From an uncultured delta proteobacterium (GTDB lineage Bacteria; Desulfobacterota; Binatia; UBA9968): a stretch of DNA of 64,000 nt. This document shows positions 1 through 11,022 of the stretch, piece after piece. The notes under the pieces were generated by a model. The model did no database searches. It had not been told where the DNA came from and worked only from the letters and a program-made list of their open reading frames with translations. Where the stretch lies: NCBI GenBank assembly GCA_963840855.1, contig CAWJBB010000059.1, positions 1 through 64,000 on the forward strand, read 5' to 3'. Numbering within the stretch: the first letter of the stretch is position 1; every line of letters begins with the position of its first letter. The position numbers and the translations under genes were made by a program.

Positions 1-1
1 C

Positions 2-691
<690 letters not shown>

Positions 692-783
692 GTGCTGGAG
701 CGGAGAGTCTCGATTTGATCGAAACGTTTTGAACGGCTTGAACTATTTTCAGCAACTGCTAGTGCGACACCGGACGATGTGTC

Positions 784-1188
784 ATGGATCTCCTCATAAA
801 TCTCGACGTTGATGATCTCGAGAAGGCAGTCCGCTTTTACGGTTCTGTGTTTGGATTGACGGTCGGTCGTCGCTTCGGAGCCTTTGGAGTCGAGATGCTT
901 GGGAGTTCGGCTCCACTCTACCTGCTCGTCAAACCACCTGGGACGCCGGCCTCAGATACAACCACGCAGCGTAGAAATTATGAGCGGCATTGGACGCCGG
1001 TCCATCTTGATTTTGCGGTTGATGAAATCGAACCGGCGGTTGAGAAAGCCGTATCAGCCGGAGCGCGGCTAGAGCAGCCCGTCGCGACTCACAAGTGGGG
1101 CAAGCTCGCTCTCATGGCCGATCCCTTCGGCCACGGGTTCTGTTTCGTCCAGTTCCTCGGTCGAGGCTATGACGAGATCGTCGAGTAG
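784..1188 (+). CDS. VOC/glyoxalase family protein
   Basis: DVDDLEKAVRFY, HLDFAVDE and ADPFGHGFC VOC motifs. Confidence 0.9.
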   Translation: MDLLINLDVDDLEKAVRFYGSVFGLTVGRRFGAFGVEMLGSSAPLYLLVKPPGTPASDTTTQRRNYERHWTPVHLDFAVDEIEPAVEKAVSAGARLEQPVATHKWGKLALMADPFGHGFCFVQFLGRGYDEIVE

Positions 1189-1416
1189 CGATGGAGCGGG
1201 TCGTGGCCTTGGGAAACTGCTCCTTTCGACACAAACAAACCGGCAAAGTTCTCGACACGCCAAAGGCCGATTTTCACAAGTTTTGCGGCGGAAAAATTTG
1301 TGAATTCTTTGAAATCTACGATACCGCTCAAGCCATCTCCAGAGCGACGCCCGGGTAAGGGATCGGCTTTAACCGCCGGCTCGCCGATTTTAAAATCTTC
1401 GTTTATACTCATTCCC

Positions 1417-2892
1417 ATGAAACACGTGATTGATCCCGAAGGCCAAAGACTGCCAATCAAGATCGATACGACTTCCAATGGCGAGTTCGCGCCTGTTTCG
1501 CTCACGGCGGCGAACCGCGCCGGCAATCGGCTCGCACATGAGGCTGCCAACGACAACGCGAAGCGCTTAGGCGTTGGCCGCCGCGATTTTCTTATTTCGG
1601 CGTGCGGCGTAGCGAGCACGTTACTGGCGTTGAATTCGGCCAATGCAGCAGTGGGGAAACGCGGCGGATTCTTCGACCTCGAACCTGAAGCCGCACTCGA
1701 GCCGCAGCTTGCTCAGGCGCGACTCGGCGGCAAGGGTGAGTTTATCTTCGACGTGCAGGGACACTTCGTCGATCCGACCGGCGCGTGGGTGAAGTCCGCG
1801 CCCGCCGATGCGTTCAAGTGGTCGGCCAAGGCGGCCTGCGGGCTCGCTGCCAAACCCGGCCCGCGGAGTTATCTGAACTGCCTTGGACCCGAGGAATTCG
1901 TCAAAGACGTGTTTCTCGATAGCGACACCGACATGATGGTGCTCTCGTTCGTGCCATCGCGGCGCGACTCCGAGCCGCTCACGATCCAGGCGGCGGATGC
2001 CGTGCGCAGGATCGTCGACAGGATGGAAGGCACGCACCGGCTGTTGCTCCACGGCCGCGTCAACCCGAATCAGCCGGGCGATCTCGAATCCATGGACGAG
2101 CTAAAAGAGCGCTGGAAGGTGAGCGCATGGAAGACCTACACCCAGTGGGGCATAGACGGTAAAGGCTTCTTCCTATCGGACGAAATCGGTACGCGTTTCA
2201 TCGAGAAGGCGCGCGTCCTTGGCGTGAAGGTGATCTGCGTGCACAAGGGACTGCCCTTCGGGAAGCAATCCTATGAGCACAGCCAGTGCAGCGACATCGG
2301 CGTCGTGGCCAAGCGTTTCCCGGACGTGAGCTTCCTTGTCTATCACTCGGGTTTCGTTAGCGGCGTCCCGGAGCGCGCCTACACCGGACGCGGCGCGGGC
2401 GACGGTATCGACACGCTTATTCGCTCGCTGGTCGAAAACGGCATCAAACCTAACAGCAACGTTTACGCCGAACTCGGCAGCACCTGGCGCTTTCTCATGC
2501 GCGACCCCACGAGCGCGGCGCACGCGCTCGGCAAGATAATAAAATACTGCGGCGAGAACAACGTGCTGTGGGGCACCGACTCGATCTGGTACGGCTCGCC
2601 GCAGGACCAGATCCAGGCGTTTCGTGCGTTCCAGATCGCGCCCGAGTTGCGCGCGAGGTACGGCTACCCGGAGATCACCCCGGCGCTGCGCGCCAAGATC
2701 TTCGGACTGAACGCGAGCCGGGTCTACGCGCTCAGCGCCGACGAGGTAAAGAAGCACACGCGTGCCGACCGCATCACGCAGGAGCGCTATGCTTACCGCG
2801 AACGTCCCGAGCCGCACTACGTCACCTACGGGCCCAAGACCCGGCGTGAATTTTTGAACCTGCTCAGCTGGAACGGCGGATCGCGCGCTTAG
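1417..2892 (+). CDS. Amidohydrolase_2 family protein with an internal Tat-like RRDFL segment
   Basis: DVQGH, ICVHKG, YHSG and LWGTDSIW amidohydrolase motifs; ATG at 1417 chosen as likely start. Confidence 0.85.
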   Translation: MKHVIDPEGQRLPIKIDTTSNGEFAPVSLTAANRAGNRLAHEAANDNAKRLGVGRRDFLISACGVASTLLALNSANAAVGKRGGFFDLEPEAALEPQLAQARLGGKGEFIFDVQGHFVDPTGAWVKSAPADAFKWSAKAACGLAAKPGPRSYLNCLGPEEFVKDVFLDSDTDMMVLSFVPSRRDSEPLTIQAADAVRRIVDRMEGTHRLLLHGRVNPNQPGDLESMDELKERWKVSAWKTYTQWGIDGKGFFLSDEIGTRFIEKARVLGVKVICVHKGLPFGKQSYEHSQCSDIGVVAKRFPDVSFLVYHSGFVSGVPERAYTGRGAGDGIDTLIRSLVENGIKPNSNVYAELGSTWRFLMRDPTSAAHALGKIIKYCGENNVLWGTDSIWYGSPQDQIQAFRAFQIAPELRARYGYPEITPALRAKIFGLNASRVYALSADEVKKHTRADRITQERYAYRERPEPHYVTYGPKTRREFLNLLSWNGGSRA

Positions 2893-2970
2893 CAGGAGCG
2901 GGGTCGGGCCTGAGTATTGACTTACGAGTCGACGGCGAGAAAAATCCTGAGCGGCGCCCATTCAGACATT

Positions 2971-3085
2971 GGTAGTGGTTCAGTTTTAGAACTTTGTAGG
3001 GGCCCCCGTGCCTGCCCGAATCAGGGCGACCACAGGGGGTCGCCCCTACATGATAACGTCTGTTGAATCAAACTGAACCACTACC
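2971..3085. mobile_element. 115-bp MITE with 16-bp terminal inverted repeats and an internal GTAG-type REP
   Basis: GGTAGTGGTTCAGTTT (2971) and AAACTGAACCACTACC (3070-3085); flanks CAGACATT / CAGACACT (7 of 8 identical); internal TGTAGGGGC...GCCCCTACA. Confidence 0.8.
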
Positions 3086-3192
3086 CAGACACTCGATTTT
3101 GCAGCCTTCAATGCTGCGAGGAACAGGCCGCGCTTGGCGGGAAATTCGATGCTAAAGTGATCGCCGGCTAGGCTGCTCCGACGCGGCAAGGA

Positions 3193-3969
3193 TCAGTAAT
3201 ATATTCCGCGGGTGGAACCGCCGTCTACGCCGAGAACTTGACCGGTCACGGCGGCCGCCTTGGCGGAGACCAGATACAAAACGGTGTAAGCGATTTCCTC
3301 AGGCTCGATCAAGCGCCCGATGGGTATGCGTTTGATTTGCTCTCGCACCAACTCGTCCAGAGTCACTCCCTTCCGCGCCGCCGCGTGTTCGCGCCGTTGA
3401 GTCCGCGTGGTGCCCGGATGGATCGCGTTGACAGTAATGCCGTATGCCGCCACTTCGTCCGAGAGTTTCTTGCTAAAGTTGACGACGGCTGAATTCGCCG
3501 CTCCCGACGCGTAGCCGCCGCTGCCGCGCGCCGCCTCACCGCCGATGTTAACGATTCTTCCCCAGTTCTTTTGTTTCATGTGCGGTATCACTTCGCGGGC
3601 GCACCTGACGTAACCGATCAGTTTGACGTCCAGATGACGGAGCCAATCTTCATCGGTCAGTTCCGACAGCGCTCCCGTGCCGGAACCGGCGGCGTTGTTC
3701 ACGAGGATGTCGACGCCGCCGAAAGCACTGACCGCGCCGGCCACGAGTTTTTTTACGGCGTCGAGATTCGCCACATCGGCTTGCACCGGCAGGACTTCGC
3801 CTTTGGTTGCGCTGGCAATTTCGGCGGCGGCGCGCTTGAGGTTTTCGACCTTCCGGGCGGCGATGACGGTTCGCACCCCTTCGGCTGCCAGCTGGGTGGC
3901 AATCGCTTTGCCGATGCCCTGGCTGCCGCCCGTGACAATGGCCACTTTGCCGCTGATGCCAATCTCCAT
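3193..3969 (-). CDS. SDR family oxidoreductase
   Basis: TGGSQGIG, LVNNA and VTGQVLGVDGG motifs. Confidence 0.92.
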   Translation of the reverse strand: MEIGISGKVAIVTGGSQGIGKAIATQLAAEGVRTVIAARKVENLKRAAAEIASATKGEVLPVQADVANLDAVKKLVAGAVSAFGGVDILVNNAAGSGTGALSELTDEDWLRHLDVKLIGYVRCAREVIPHMKQKNWGRIVNIGGEAARGSGGYASGAANSAVVNFSKKLSDEVAAYGITVNAIHPGTTRTQRREHAAARKGVTLDELVREQIKRIPIGRLIEPEEIAYTVLYLVSAKAAAVTGQVLGVDGGSTRGIYY

Positions 3970-4015
3970 GATTTTCTCTCTAAGCCATTCTTCGGTTAAA
4001 GCCAATACGGGCAAC

Positions 4016-5821
4016 CTAGACGTCGCGGATACCGAAGCGCTTGCCGATGCGCATGGCGATGAGCGAAGTAACCAGCAGGACGCCGAACAGCATCACGCCA
4101 AAGGCCGCCAGCCGTTGATAGGTGCTGTCCTCCCAGTACTTGAACATCACGATGCCCACCGGTTCGGTGCCCGGGTAAGCGAGAATCATAGCGGTCGGTA
4201 TCTCGCGAAAAGAATGAACGAACACCCAAATCCATGCCGCCACCAGGCCGGGCCGGATAAGCGGCAGGGTAATTTTGACAAAACTTTTTCCCCATGACGA
4301 CTGGCAGGTTGCCGCGGCTTCTTCCAGGTCAGAGTGCACCTGCGCTATACAGGCCACGTTGATCCGCATGGCGACCGGAAGATATTTTCCCAGGTAGGCG
4401 AGCAGTAAAATCGTCAAGGTGCCGTAAAGAAAAGGCATGACATTGAGATAGAACCACAGAATACTGAGCCCGAAGATGATGCCCGGCACCACGTAGGGAA
4501 CAAAGGTTAGAAAGTCCAAAAAACCACGGCCGCGCAGTTTGGTCTTCACAACAATATAAGCAACCACCGCGGTGAGCAGCGTTACCCCAGACGCACTGGC
4601 CAAGCCGAGTATCATGCTGTTCTGAATACCCTGGAGGGTCAAAGGAAAATACAGGGCATCGCGATAGGCCTTGAAGCTGATTCTCTGAAAACCCTCCAGA
4701 GTCGAAGCCAGATGGTTGGGCACGAGGGACATCCAGGCCACGGTGAGCATCGGCACGATAAAAACTAAAAACAGTATGAAAAGCGATGCGCAGCCGGTGA
4801 GGATTCGCCACTTCCCCAGATCGACCATTCGAGGCCGGTAGCCTTTTCCCGTGATGGTCATGAATTTTTCACTGTGTGAAGTGAGCCTGAGATAGACGAG
4901 AATGAGCAGCGCCGAGATGATCACCAGCACCATTGCATAAGCGCCCGCCAGTCCGAAGTCCGTGGGAGCGCGGGTGGAATTGAGCCAGATCTCAGTGGTG
5001 TAGACAAAAATCCCCGCCCTGAGTCCGATCAGCGCGGGCGTCTCGAAGCTTTCGATGCCGCGGATCACCAACAGTACCAGCGCCGAAAGCAGCGCCGGTT
5101 TCATCATCGGCAGCGTGATAAGGCGTAGTATCTCCAGCGGCCCTGAACCCGCCACCATGGCGGCCTCTTCCAACGACGGGTCCATGGATCGAAAGGCGCT
5201 CGCCATCAGAAGGAAAGCCAGCGGCGTGAGCTCGATACCTTCCACCCAAATGAGTCCCGCCATCGAGTAGACATTGAACGGCGCTTCCCTCAAGCCCAAA
5301 CCGCCGACCAACAAACGATTCAAGATGCCGATCTTTGGACTCAACAACACGATCCAAGAAAACGTCACCAGGACACCAGGCAAAATCACGCGGCTGATCG
5401 CCATGACATAGAGGAGCGAGCGAAAGGGACTGTTGGTGCGCTCGGTCACCCAAGCGAGAAACGCGCCCAGAACAAACGCGATGGTCGACGAGCCGATGGC
5501 AAAGATCGCGGTATTGACCGTAGCCGTGGGCAGGTATCGGCTGGCAAATGCCCGCGCGTAGTTCTCCAAGGTTAGATTCAGAGTGAAATAATCTGGCGTG
5601 CCGGGAGCCACGGATTTGAAGCTGCCAAAGACCAAGACAATTAAGGGCACGATCACGAGGTAAACGAGGAGAGCCGAGGAAAGTAAAAGAGCCAGGGTCT
5701 TGCCGTCGCGCAGCGGTCCAAGCACGCGCGCGATGCCATTGGCAACTCCCTCCATAACGGCGCCGGCCGGGAGCGCTCTCTTGGTTGAGGTTCGATTCAA
5801 TTGATTAAAGGCCGCCGTCAA
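4016..5821 (-). CDS. ABC transporter permease (FbpB/ThiP-like, two EAA loops)
   Basis: Multi-TM protein with DPSLEEAA and SDLEEAA loops; start uncertain. Confidence 0.9.
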   Translation of the reverse strand: MTAAFNQLNRTSTKRALPAGAVMEGVANGIARVLGPLRDGKTLALLLSSALLVYLVIVPLIVLVFGSFKSVAPGTPDYFTLNLTLENYARAFASRYLPTATVNTAIFAIGSSTIAFVLGAFLAWVTERTNSPFRSLLYVMAISRVILPGVLVTFSWIVLLSPKIGILNRLLVGGLGLREAPFNVYSMAGLIWVEGIELTPLAFLLMASAFRSMDPSLEEAAMVAGSGPLEILRLITLPMMKPALLSALVLLVIRGIESFETPALIGLRAGIFVYTTEIWLNSTRAPTDFGLAGAYAMVLVIISALLILVYLRLTSHSEKFMTITGKGYRPRMVDLGKWRILTGCASLFILFLVFIVPMLTVAWMSLVPNHLASTLEGFQRISFKAYRDALYFPLTLQGIQNSMILGLASASGVTLLTAVVAYIVVKTKLRGRGFLDFLTFVPYVVPGIIFGLSILWFYLNVMPFLYGTLTILLLAYLGKYLPVAMRINVACIAQVHSDLEEAAATCQSSWGKSFVKITLPLIRPGLVAAWIWVFVHSFREIPTAMILAYPGTEPVGIVMFKYWEDSTYQRLAAFGVMLFGVLLVTSLIAMRIGKRFGIRDV

Positions 5822-6912
5822 AATTCTTTTCTGACGAGTATGCGAACGTATTCCCGTTCAGCCCACTCGTATCGCTTGGTGGGCCACTTGGAAGGATTCA
5901 CGAAATGCGGCTTGATGCCGGCGTCGATCAGCGGGTCCGGAACACCCGGACGCGCAGCGCGAATTTTGATTTTCTCCGCCGCCTTGCGCTGCCAGGGCTC
6001 CGAAAGCACCGTCTCGATGAACAACGCCGCGGCGAATGGGTGCGGCGCATTGCGCATGATGGCCAGGCCTTCTCCGTAGGCGATTGGCGGCTTGGGATCC
6101 TTCACGAAGGCCAGCGGCTCTCCCTGGCTAATACGGTCCGCCGTGGACGTGCCGCTGTTTGCCACCATCACCGGAACCTCGCCTGCCGAGACCATGTTTT
6201 CGACGTTGGAGCGACGCTGCTGGATTTGTAGTCCGTTGCCCGCCAATCTTTTCATGAACTCCAGGCCCTTGGCTTCGCCCATGTAGTCCAGCATCCCGAC
6301 AAACCAGTTGTAAGACGCCGCATCCAAAACCAGTTTGCCTTTCCATTTTGGCTCGAGAAGGTCGTCCCAGGTTCTCGGCGCGTCCTTTGCCGCCACGAGC
6401 TTGGTGTTGTACATGATGTGAAACAACCGGTTGCCCAAAGATCGCCACTGCCCCGGCACCTTGAGGCCGTCGGGAAGAGCCGCATCTTCGAGCGCCACGT
6501 AGCGCGCCAGCATCCCTTCCCGCTCCAACGCGGAGACTTGATGGAACTGGAGCCACACCACATCAGCCTGATGTTTCCCGGCTCGCTCTTCGGTGAGCAG
6601 GCGGTCGATCATAATGTCCGGCAACACCCGCGGGCTGAGAAATTTTTGAATGACGCCGGGGTGGATCTCTTTGAAAAATTCAATGCGCAGGTTGGTCAGA
6701 TCTTCCCGGTCCGGCGCGTACCAGGCCAACGCAGCTTCCTTTTTTGCTCCCTCCACCAGCTTCTGCATGCGCTCCCTGGCTGGAAGCGCCATCACTTCGG
6801 CAAAAATCTGCTCGGTCTTGGACAGCTCTGACCTGGCAGCGGAAGCGCCCCCGGCGGCGGCGGCCGTTGCCAGAACCATGGCCATTAAAATCGTTGTCAC
6901 CCGTGCAAGCAT
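5818..6912 (-). CDS. ABC substrate-binding protein (Fe3+/thiamine-like family), copy 1
   Basis: Signal peptide; YNTKLV...PRTWDDLLEPKWKGK and APHPFAAALF motifs. Confidence 0.9.
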   Translation of the reverse strand: MLARVTTILMAMVLATAAAAGGASAARSELSKTEQIFAEVMALPARERMQKLVEGAKKEAALAWYAPDREDLTNLRIEFFKEIHPGVIQKFLSPRVLPDIMIDRLLTEERAGKHQADVVWLQFHQVSALEREGMLARYVALEDAALPDGLKVPGQWRSLGNRLFHIMYNTKLVAAKDAPRTWDDLLEPKWKGKLVLDAASYNWFVGMLDYMGEAKGLEFMKRLAGNGLQIQQRRSNVENMVSAGEVPVMVANSGTSTADRISQGEPLAFVKDPKPPIAYGEGLAIMRNAPHPFAAALFIETVLSEPWQRKAAEKIKIRAARPGVPDPLIDAGIKPHFVNPSKWPTKRYEWAEREYVRILVRKEF

Positions 6913-6922
6913 GACACTCCCG

Positions 6923-8278
6923 CTATCGCTTGTCCTGCCCTGTCACCAGTGTCATCAAGGGCCGAATACTTTTGACCTGCTCCAATCCATCGGCCATGGC
7001 GATGATCTTTTCCAGTGCGACCGCGCCGACGCGCATCTCCGGTAGCAGGTCGCGCACCAGGTCGACGGTATCGGCGAAGCTGAATACATGGTTGCGGCTG
7101 CCATCCTTTATCTCCTCGAAGTAAACCCGCTGCGCTGTTTTAACGCTCAACCTGGCGCACTGCGGCGCCACATCGGCGCTACCCTTGATGGCCATTCGTT
7201 CCAGCAGACGATTGATCTTGGCATCGTCACGCCGGCGCAGCAGGCTCCGGCTCGCCTGGCCGTAAACCAAAGCGGCGGCCACTCCCTGGGCTGTGCCGGC
7301 GCCGCGATCCGCCAATTCTTCGTTCTGGCGCCGCCCGGGCCCTGGGTACTCCGCTTCGAAAGGATCCAACTCGACGACGATTTCTTCGATGGCCTCGGGT
7401 TGGATGCTTTCCTGCCTGGCCAACCGCGCCGCGATATAGGTAGGAGACTGAGCAATCATGCTCGTCGGGTAGCGCTTGAACGTGACTTTGAGAATTTCAA
7501 ATTCCTTTCCCAGTCCTGGGGTGACGTTGCCGGCGAAATCGGTGGTTCCTGCGAAAAGGTTAAGAAACCCCGCCTTTCCTTCAATTGCCGTGGGGGCGGC
7601 GCGCCCCTGTTGCGTGGCAATGGCAGTGCACAATAAGCCGTTGCGCGCCGCGAGGCCCAGCTGAAATTGCGTTTCCATGGTGCGGGTGATGTTGCACTCG
7701 ACGTTGCCGAAGCTAAAGCAAGCGGCAAAGCCGATGGAGTTGGCCGTCCGCTCCGCGTCGAGCCCCATGAGCTTGGCCGAGGCTGCGGCGGCGCCCATGA
7801 CGTCGTAAGTGGGGCTGCCGCGCCATCCCCGTTCCACGGTCAATTTGATGTGATCTTTGGCCAGCGCTCCGGCAACCTCGTATCCGGCGACGAGCGCCGG
7901 CAGGATTGCCATGCCGGAAAGATCGTTTGCCTCGGCCAGTGCCAGAACTGCGGGAATAACCGCCGGGCCGAAGTGAGCCATGGTCCCATAGGCATCGCTC
8001 TGTCCCCGGCTCTGAAACAGGACACCGTTAGCAAAAGCCGCCGCGCCCGGTGTCGTCCTCTTGCCGTTTAGAATCGTCGTGCTGCCGCCTTGCGCCATTG
8101 TCTCCGACTCGCTCATTGCCGCTTCGGCGATCTGCGCCTGGCGCGAGTCGTGCGCCGCCATGGCGATGGCGAGGCCGTAAAGCAGGCAGGCTTTGACCTT
8201 GGCGATGACATCGGCCGGCAGATCGTCGACGGTAATACGGCTGACAAACTCCCCGAGTTCTCCCGCTATAGTTGCCAT
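6923..8278 (-). CDS. MmgE/PrpD family protein
   Basis: AAFANG, AHFGPAVIPAVLALAE, GYEV and FKRYP motifs. Confidence 0.9.
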   Translation of the reverse strand: MATIAGELGEFVSRITVDDLPADVIAKVKACLLYGLAIAMAAHDSRQAQIAEAAMSESETMAQGGSTTILNGKRTTPGAAAFANGVLFQSRGQSDAYGTMAHFGPAVIPAVLALAEANDLSGMAILPALVAGYEVAGALAKDHIKLTVERGWRGSPTYDVMGAAAASAKLMGLDAERTANSIGFAACFSFGNVECNITRTMETQFQLGLAARNGLLCTAIATQQGRAAPTAIEGKAGFLNLFAGTTDFAGNVTPGLGKEFEILKVTFKRYPTSMIAQSPTYIAARLARQESIQPEAIEEIVVELDPFEAEYPGPGRRQNEELADRGAGTAQGVAAALVYGQASRSLLRRRDDAKINRLLERMAIKGSADVAPQCARLSVKTAQRVYFEEIKDGSRNHVFSFADTVDLVRDLLPEMRVGAVALEKIIAMADGLEQVKSIRPLMTLVTGQDKR

Positions 8279-8368
8279 TTTTTGATTTCCTTCAAGTTAC
8301 CGCTTAGCGCGGCGCGCGAGCGGCATCGCGGCTCTTTGATCTCCGTATCGATTCACCATCGCCGGCTT

Positions 8369-9463
8369 TCAAAATTCTTTTCTGACGAGGATGCGGGTGT
8401 ATTCACGTTGCGCCCATTCATAGCGTTGCGCCGGCCACTTGGCGGGATCAGTAAAATGGGGCTGGATCTTGGCATCGATCAGCGGGTCGGGAATCCCCGG
8501 GCGCGCCGGGCGGATTTTGATTTTCTCCGCTGCCTTACGCTGCCACCGCTCGGTCAACAGCCCCTCGATAAAGAGCGCCGCGGCGTGAGCATGGGTCGAG
8601 TTGCGCATGATCGCCAGGCCCTCACCGTAGGCGATGGGCGGCTTAGGATCCTTGACGAAAGCTACCGGCTCTCCCTGCGCTGCCCGGTCGGCGGTAGAAG
8701 TGCCGCTGTTGGTCACCATCACGGGAACCTCGCCTGCCGACACCATGTTCTCCACGTTGGAGCGCCGCTGCTGGATCTGCAGGCCGTTGCGCGCCAGCTT
8801 CTTCATATACTCCAAACCCTTCGCCTCCCCCATGTGATCCAGCATGCCGACAAACCAGTCATAGGAAGCATCGTCCAAGATCAGTTTTCCCTTCCATCGG
8901 GGATCGAGAAGGTCTTCCCAACTTTTCGGCGCGTCTTTCTCGGCGACCAGCTTGGTATTGTACATGATGTGAAAGAGCCGGTTGCCCAGCGAGCGCCACT
9001 CTGCGCCGATCTTGAGTCTTGCGGGGATCTGGGCATCTTCGATGGCGATATATTTTGCCAACAAACCCTCGCGCAGCATCACCGCGACCTGCGGCAATCT
9101 GATCCACACAACGTCCGCCTGATATTTTCCGGCTCTCTCTTCGGTCAAGAGGCGATCGATCATGACATCGGAACGGATGCGCGGCGTAACGAATTTTTGT
9201 ATCGCGTTCGGATAAATCTCCTTGAAGAATTCGATCCTCAGCTCCGTCAAGTCCTCGCGATCGGGAGCGTACCAGACCAACGTGCCTTCCGCGCGCGCGC
9301 CCTCGACGAGCTTTTTGATGCGCTCGCCCGCGGGCAGCTTCATGACCTCGTTTAGAATTTTCTCCGTCTGAGAAGGACCGCGTTTCGCTAGGTCGGCCGC
9401 CCCACCGCCTGCCGGAAACGCCAGCGAAAAAATCACGGCGACAATCCAAATCAGTCTGCTCAT
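8369..9463 (-). CDS. ABC substrate-binding protein, copy 2 (paralog of 5818-6912)
   Basis: Same length (364 aa) with long identical stretches, e.g. NGLQIQQRRSNVENMVSAGEVPVMV. Confidence 0.9.
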   Translation of the reverse strand: MSRLIWIVAVIFSLAFPAGGGAADLAKRGPSQTEKILNEVMKLPAGERIKKLVEGARAEGTLVWYAPDREDLTELRIEFFKEIYPNAIQKFVTPRIRSDVMIDRLLTEERAGKYQADVVWIRLPQVAVMLREGLLAKYIAIEDAQIPARLKIGAEWRSLGNRLFHIMYNTKLVAEKDAPKSWEDLLDPRWKGKLILDDASYDWFVGMLDHMGEAKGLEYMKKLARNGLQIQQRRSNVENMVSAGEVPVMVTNSGTSTADRAAQGEPVAFVKDPKPPIAYGEGLAIMRNSTHAHAAALFIEGLLTERWQRKAAEKIKIRPARPGIPDPLIDAKIQPHFTDPAKWPAQRYEWAQREYTRILVRKEF

Positions 9464-9550
9464 CTCGGCTCTCCCTCTTGTCTGGGGCGTCGTCCGCTTT
9501 TGCCGTGATCTAACCCATAGGGCGGATTTACGGCAAACATGGCGAAGCTT

Positions 9551-10747
9551 TCAAGACGGCGCAACGGGCTTTCTCCAGCGCGCGCCGCTCTTGACGGTCA
9601 GCACCTTAGCGAGCCGGCGCCGGGACTTGAGAACATTGCCGGCGCGATCGTCGAATGCAAAATCGCCCTCTTCCATATCCACTACCGTCGCGTCTCCGGC
9701 GGAGCCAACTCGAAAGTTGCCCAAGGTGTCGTCTTTGCTGATGGCCGCCGCCGCGTTCTGCGTCGTCGCGGCGACGACTTGCTCCAATGGCATGCCCAAT
9801 TCGAGAAACATCGACATGACTTCCAAGAGGCTGTAGGAGCGATCCAAACGGCTGCCGTCGGTGCTGATGGTGTCCGGCAACACCCCTTGCTCTAACAAGG
9901 CGCGACAAACATTGATGTCCAGGTGGACCTTGGCGCAGCCGCTGTCGAATAGAATGCCTCTGCTGCGGGCTTCAAAAACTTCGGGGCGAACTTTTCCCGT
10001 GGAGTCGAGAGGACCATTTTCGGCGCCGTGAAAAGGGTGTGTCACGATGTCGCCGGCATGAAGAAAGCTCAGGATCTGCGACAGCGGGATCGGCGAACGG
10101 CTGACGTGAACCATGATCCGGCAGCCCGCCTGGTTTGCTGTTTCCCGCGCAAGCTCAAGCGCCGGAACGGCGTTTTCCGCCAACAATGCGCTGTCGTCGA
10201 TGCGCACTTTCAACCCGACAACGTATGACGGATTATCGTGAATGCACTGGACGGTCTGTTTGACATGAACCAATTTCATGTCCATCAGCTCGCCCTGATT
10301 AGTCGACTCCTTATTGAGTCCGGTGGAGGAGAGATGCACAAAGGCGAAGAGCCGCGTCGCGCATTGCCGCATGACGTGATCGCGCAACGCCGCAAACACC
10401 GACCAGCCGGCGCTGCCGGCATCGACGGCCGTGGTGACGCCCGTCGGCAGACAAAATGCGTCAGGGTGGCCAAATCGCGGTTGATAGCCGTGAAAATAAT
10501 GGCCGTGGATATCGATCAGTCCCGGAGTTACTAGTTTACCCGAGACGTCTATAGTTTCCCGCGCTTCGTTGGCCGAAATATTTTCGGCCACCGCCGCAAC
10601 CACGCCGTTGCCGAACGCGATATCGCGACGACCGCGAAGCTTGCCGCTGGGATCGATGACTTCGCCGTTTTTGAGCAGTAGATCGTATTGGATAGCCAGT
10701 CCACGCTTTCTGGTTCGGTCATAACAAACAATTCTTTGCCGTGTCAA
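9551..10747 (-). CDS. Amidohydrolase/deacetylase (dihydroorotase-like) family metallohydrolase
   Basis: PGLIDIHGH, GVTTAVDAGSAG and PDTISTD motifs; true start may be slightly downstream. Confidence 0.88.
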   Translation of the reverse strand: MTRQRIVCYDRTRKRGLAIQYDLLLKNGEVIDPSGKLRGRRDIAFGNGVVAAVAENISANEARETIDVSGKLVTPGLIDIHGHYFHGYQPRFGHPDAFCLPTGVTTAVDAGSAGWSVFAALRDHVMRQCATRLFAFVHLSSTGLNKESTNQGELMDMKLVHVKQTVQCIHDNPSYVVGLKVRIDDSALLAENAVPALELARETANQAGCRIMVHVSRSPIPLSQILSFLHAGDIVTHPFHGAENGPLDSTGKVRPEVFEARSRGILFDSGCAKVHLDINVCRALLEQGVLPDTISTDGSRLDRSYSLLEVMSMFLELGMPLEQVVAATTQNAAAAISKDDTLGNFRVGSAGDATVVDMEEGDFAFDDRAGNVLKSRRRLAKVLTVKSGARWRKPVAPS

Positions 10748-10796
10748 CTTACGGTCCGGTATAGACTAGCAAACTGTAACAGCTACCTAGCGTCTG

Positions 10797-10867
10797 CCGT
10801 TCATGGTTCGAGAACCTCACCACGAACGGCTTGCGCCTTGACCGTTCACCCTGAGCGTGTCGAAGGG
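10797..10867. repeat. Palindromic intergenic repeat, also found inside the MITE at 15107-15235
   Basis: CCGTTCATGGTTCGA..CTCACCACGAACGG..CCGTTC..GTCGAAGGG is nearly repeated at 15124-15209. Confidence 0.7.
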
Positions 10868-11022
10868 TTCTTCGAAATTAGAGTCAATCAACTGTTACAG
10901 GCCACTAGTATTTCCGCCCGCAAGCGGCGCGCGGACTGCGGAAAATTCTTGTAGTCGCGCCGTATCTGTGGGATGTACGGTTCAGGGGTACTGGATTTCC
11001 AAAAAAAGAGGAGAGCACAGCC

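Noticed and set aside
8090-9355. 421-aa plus-strand ORF
   Set aside because: Antisense to the substrate-binding protein gene; a high-GC shadow frame.
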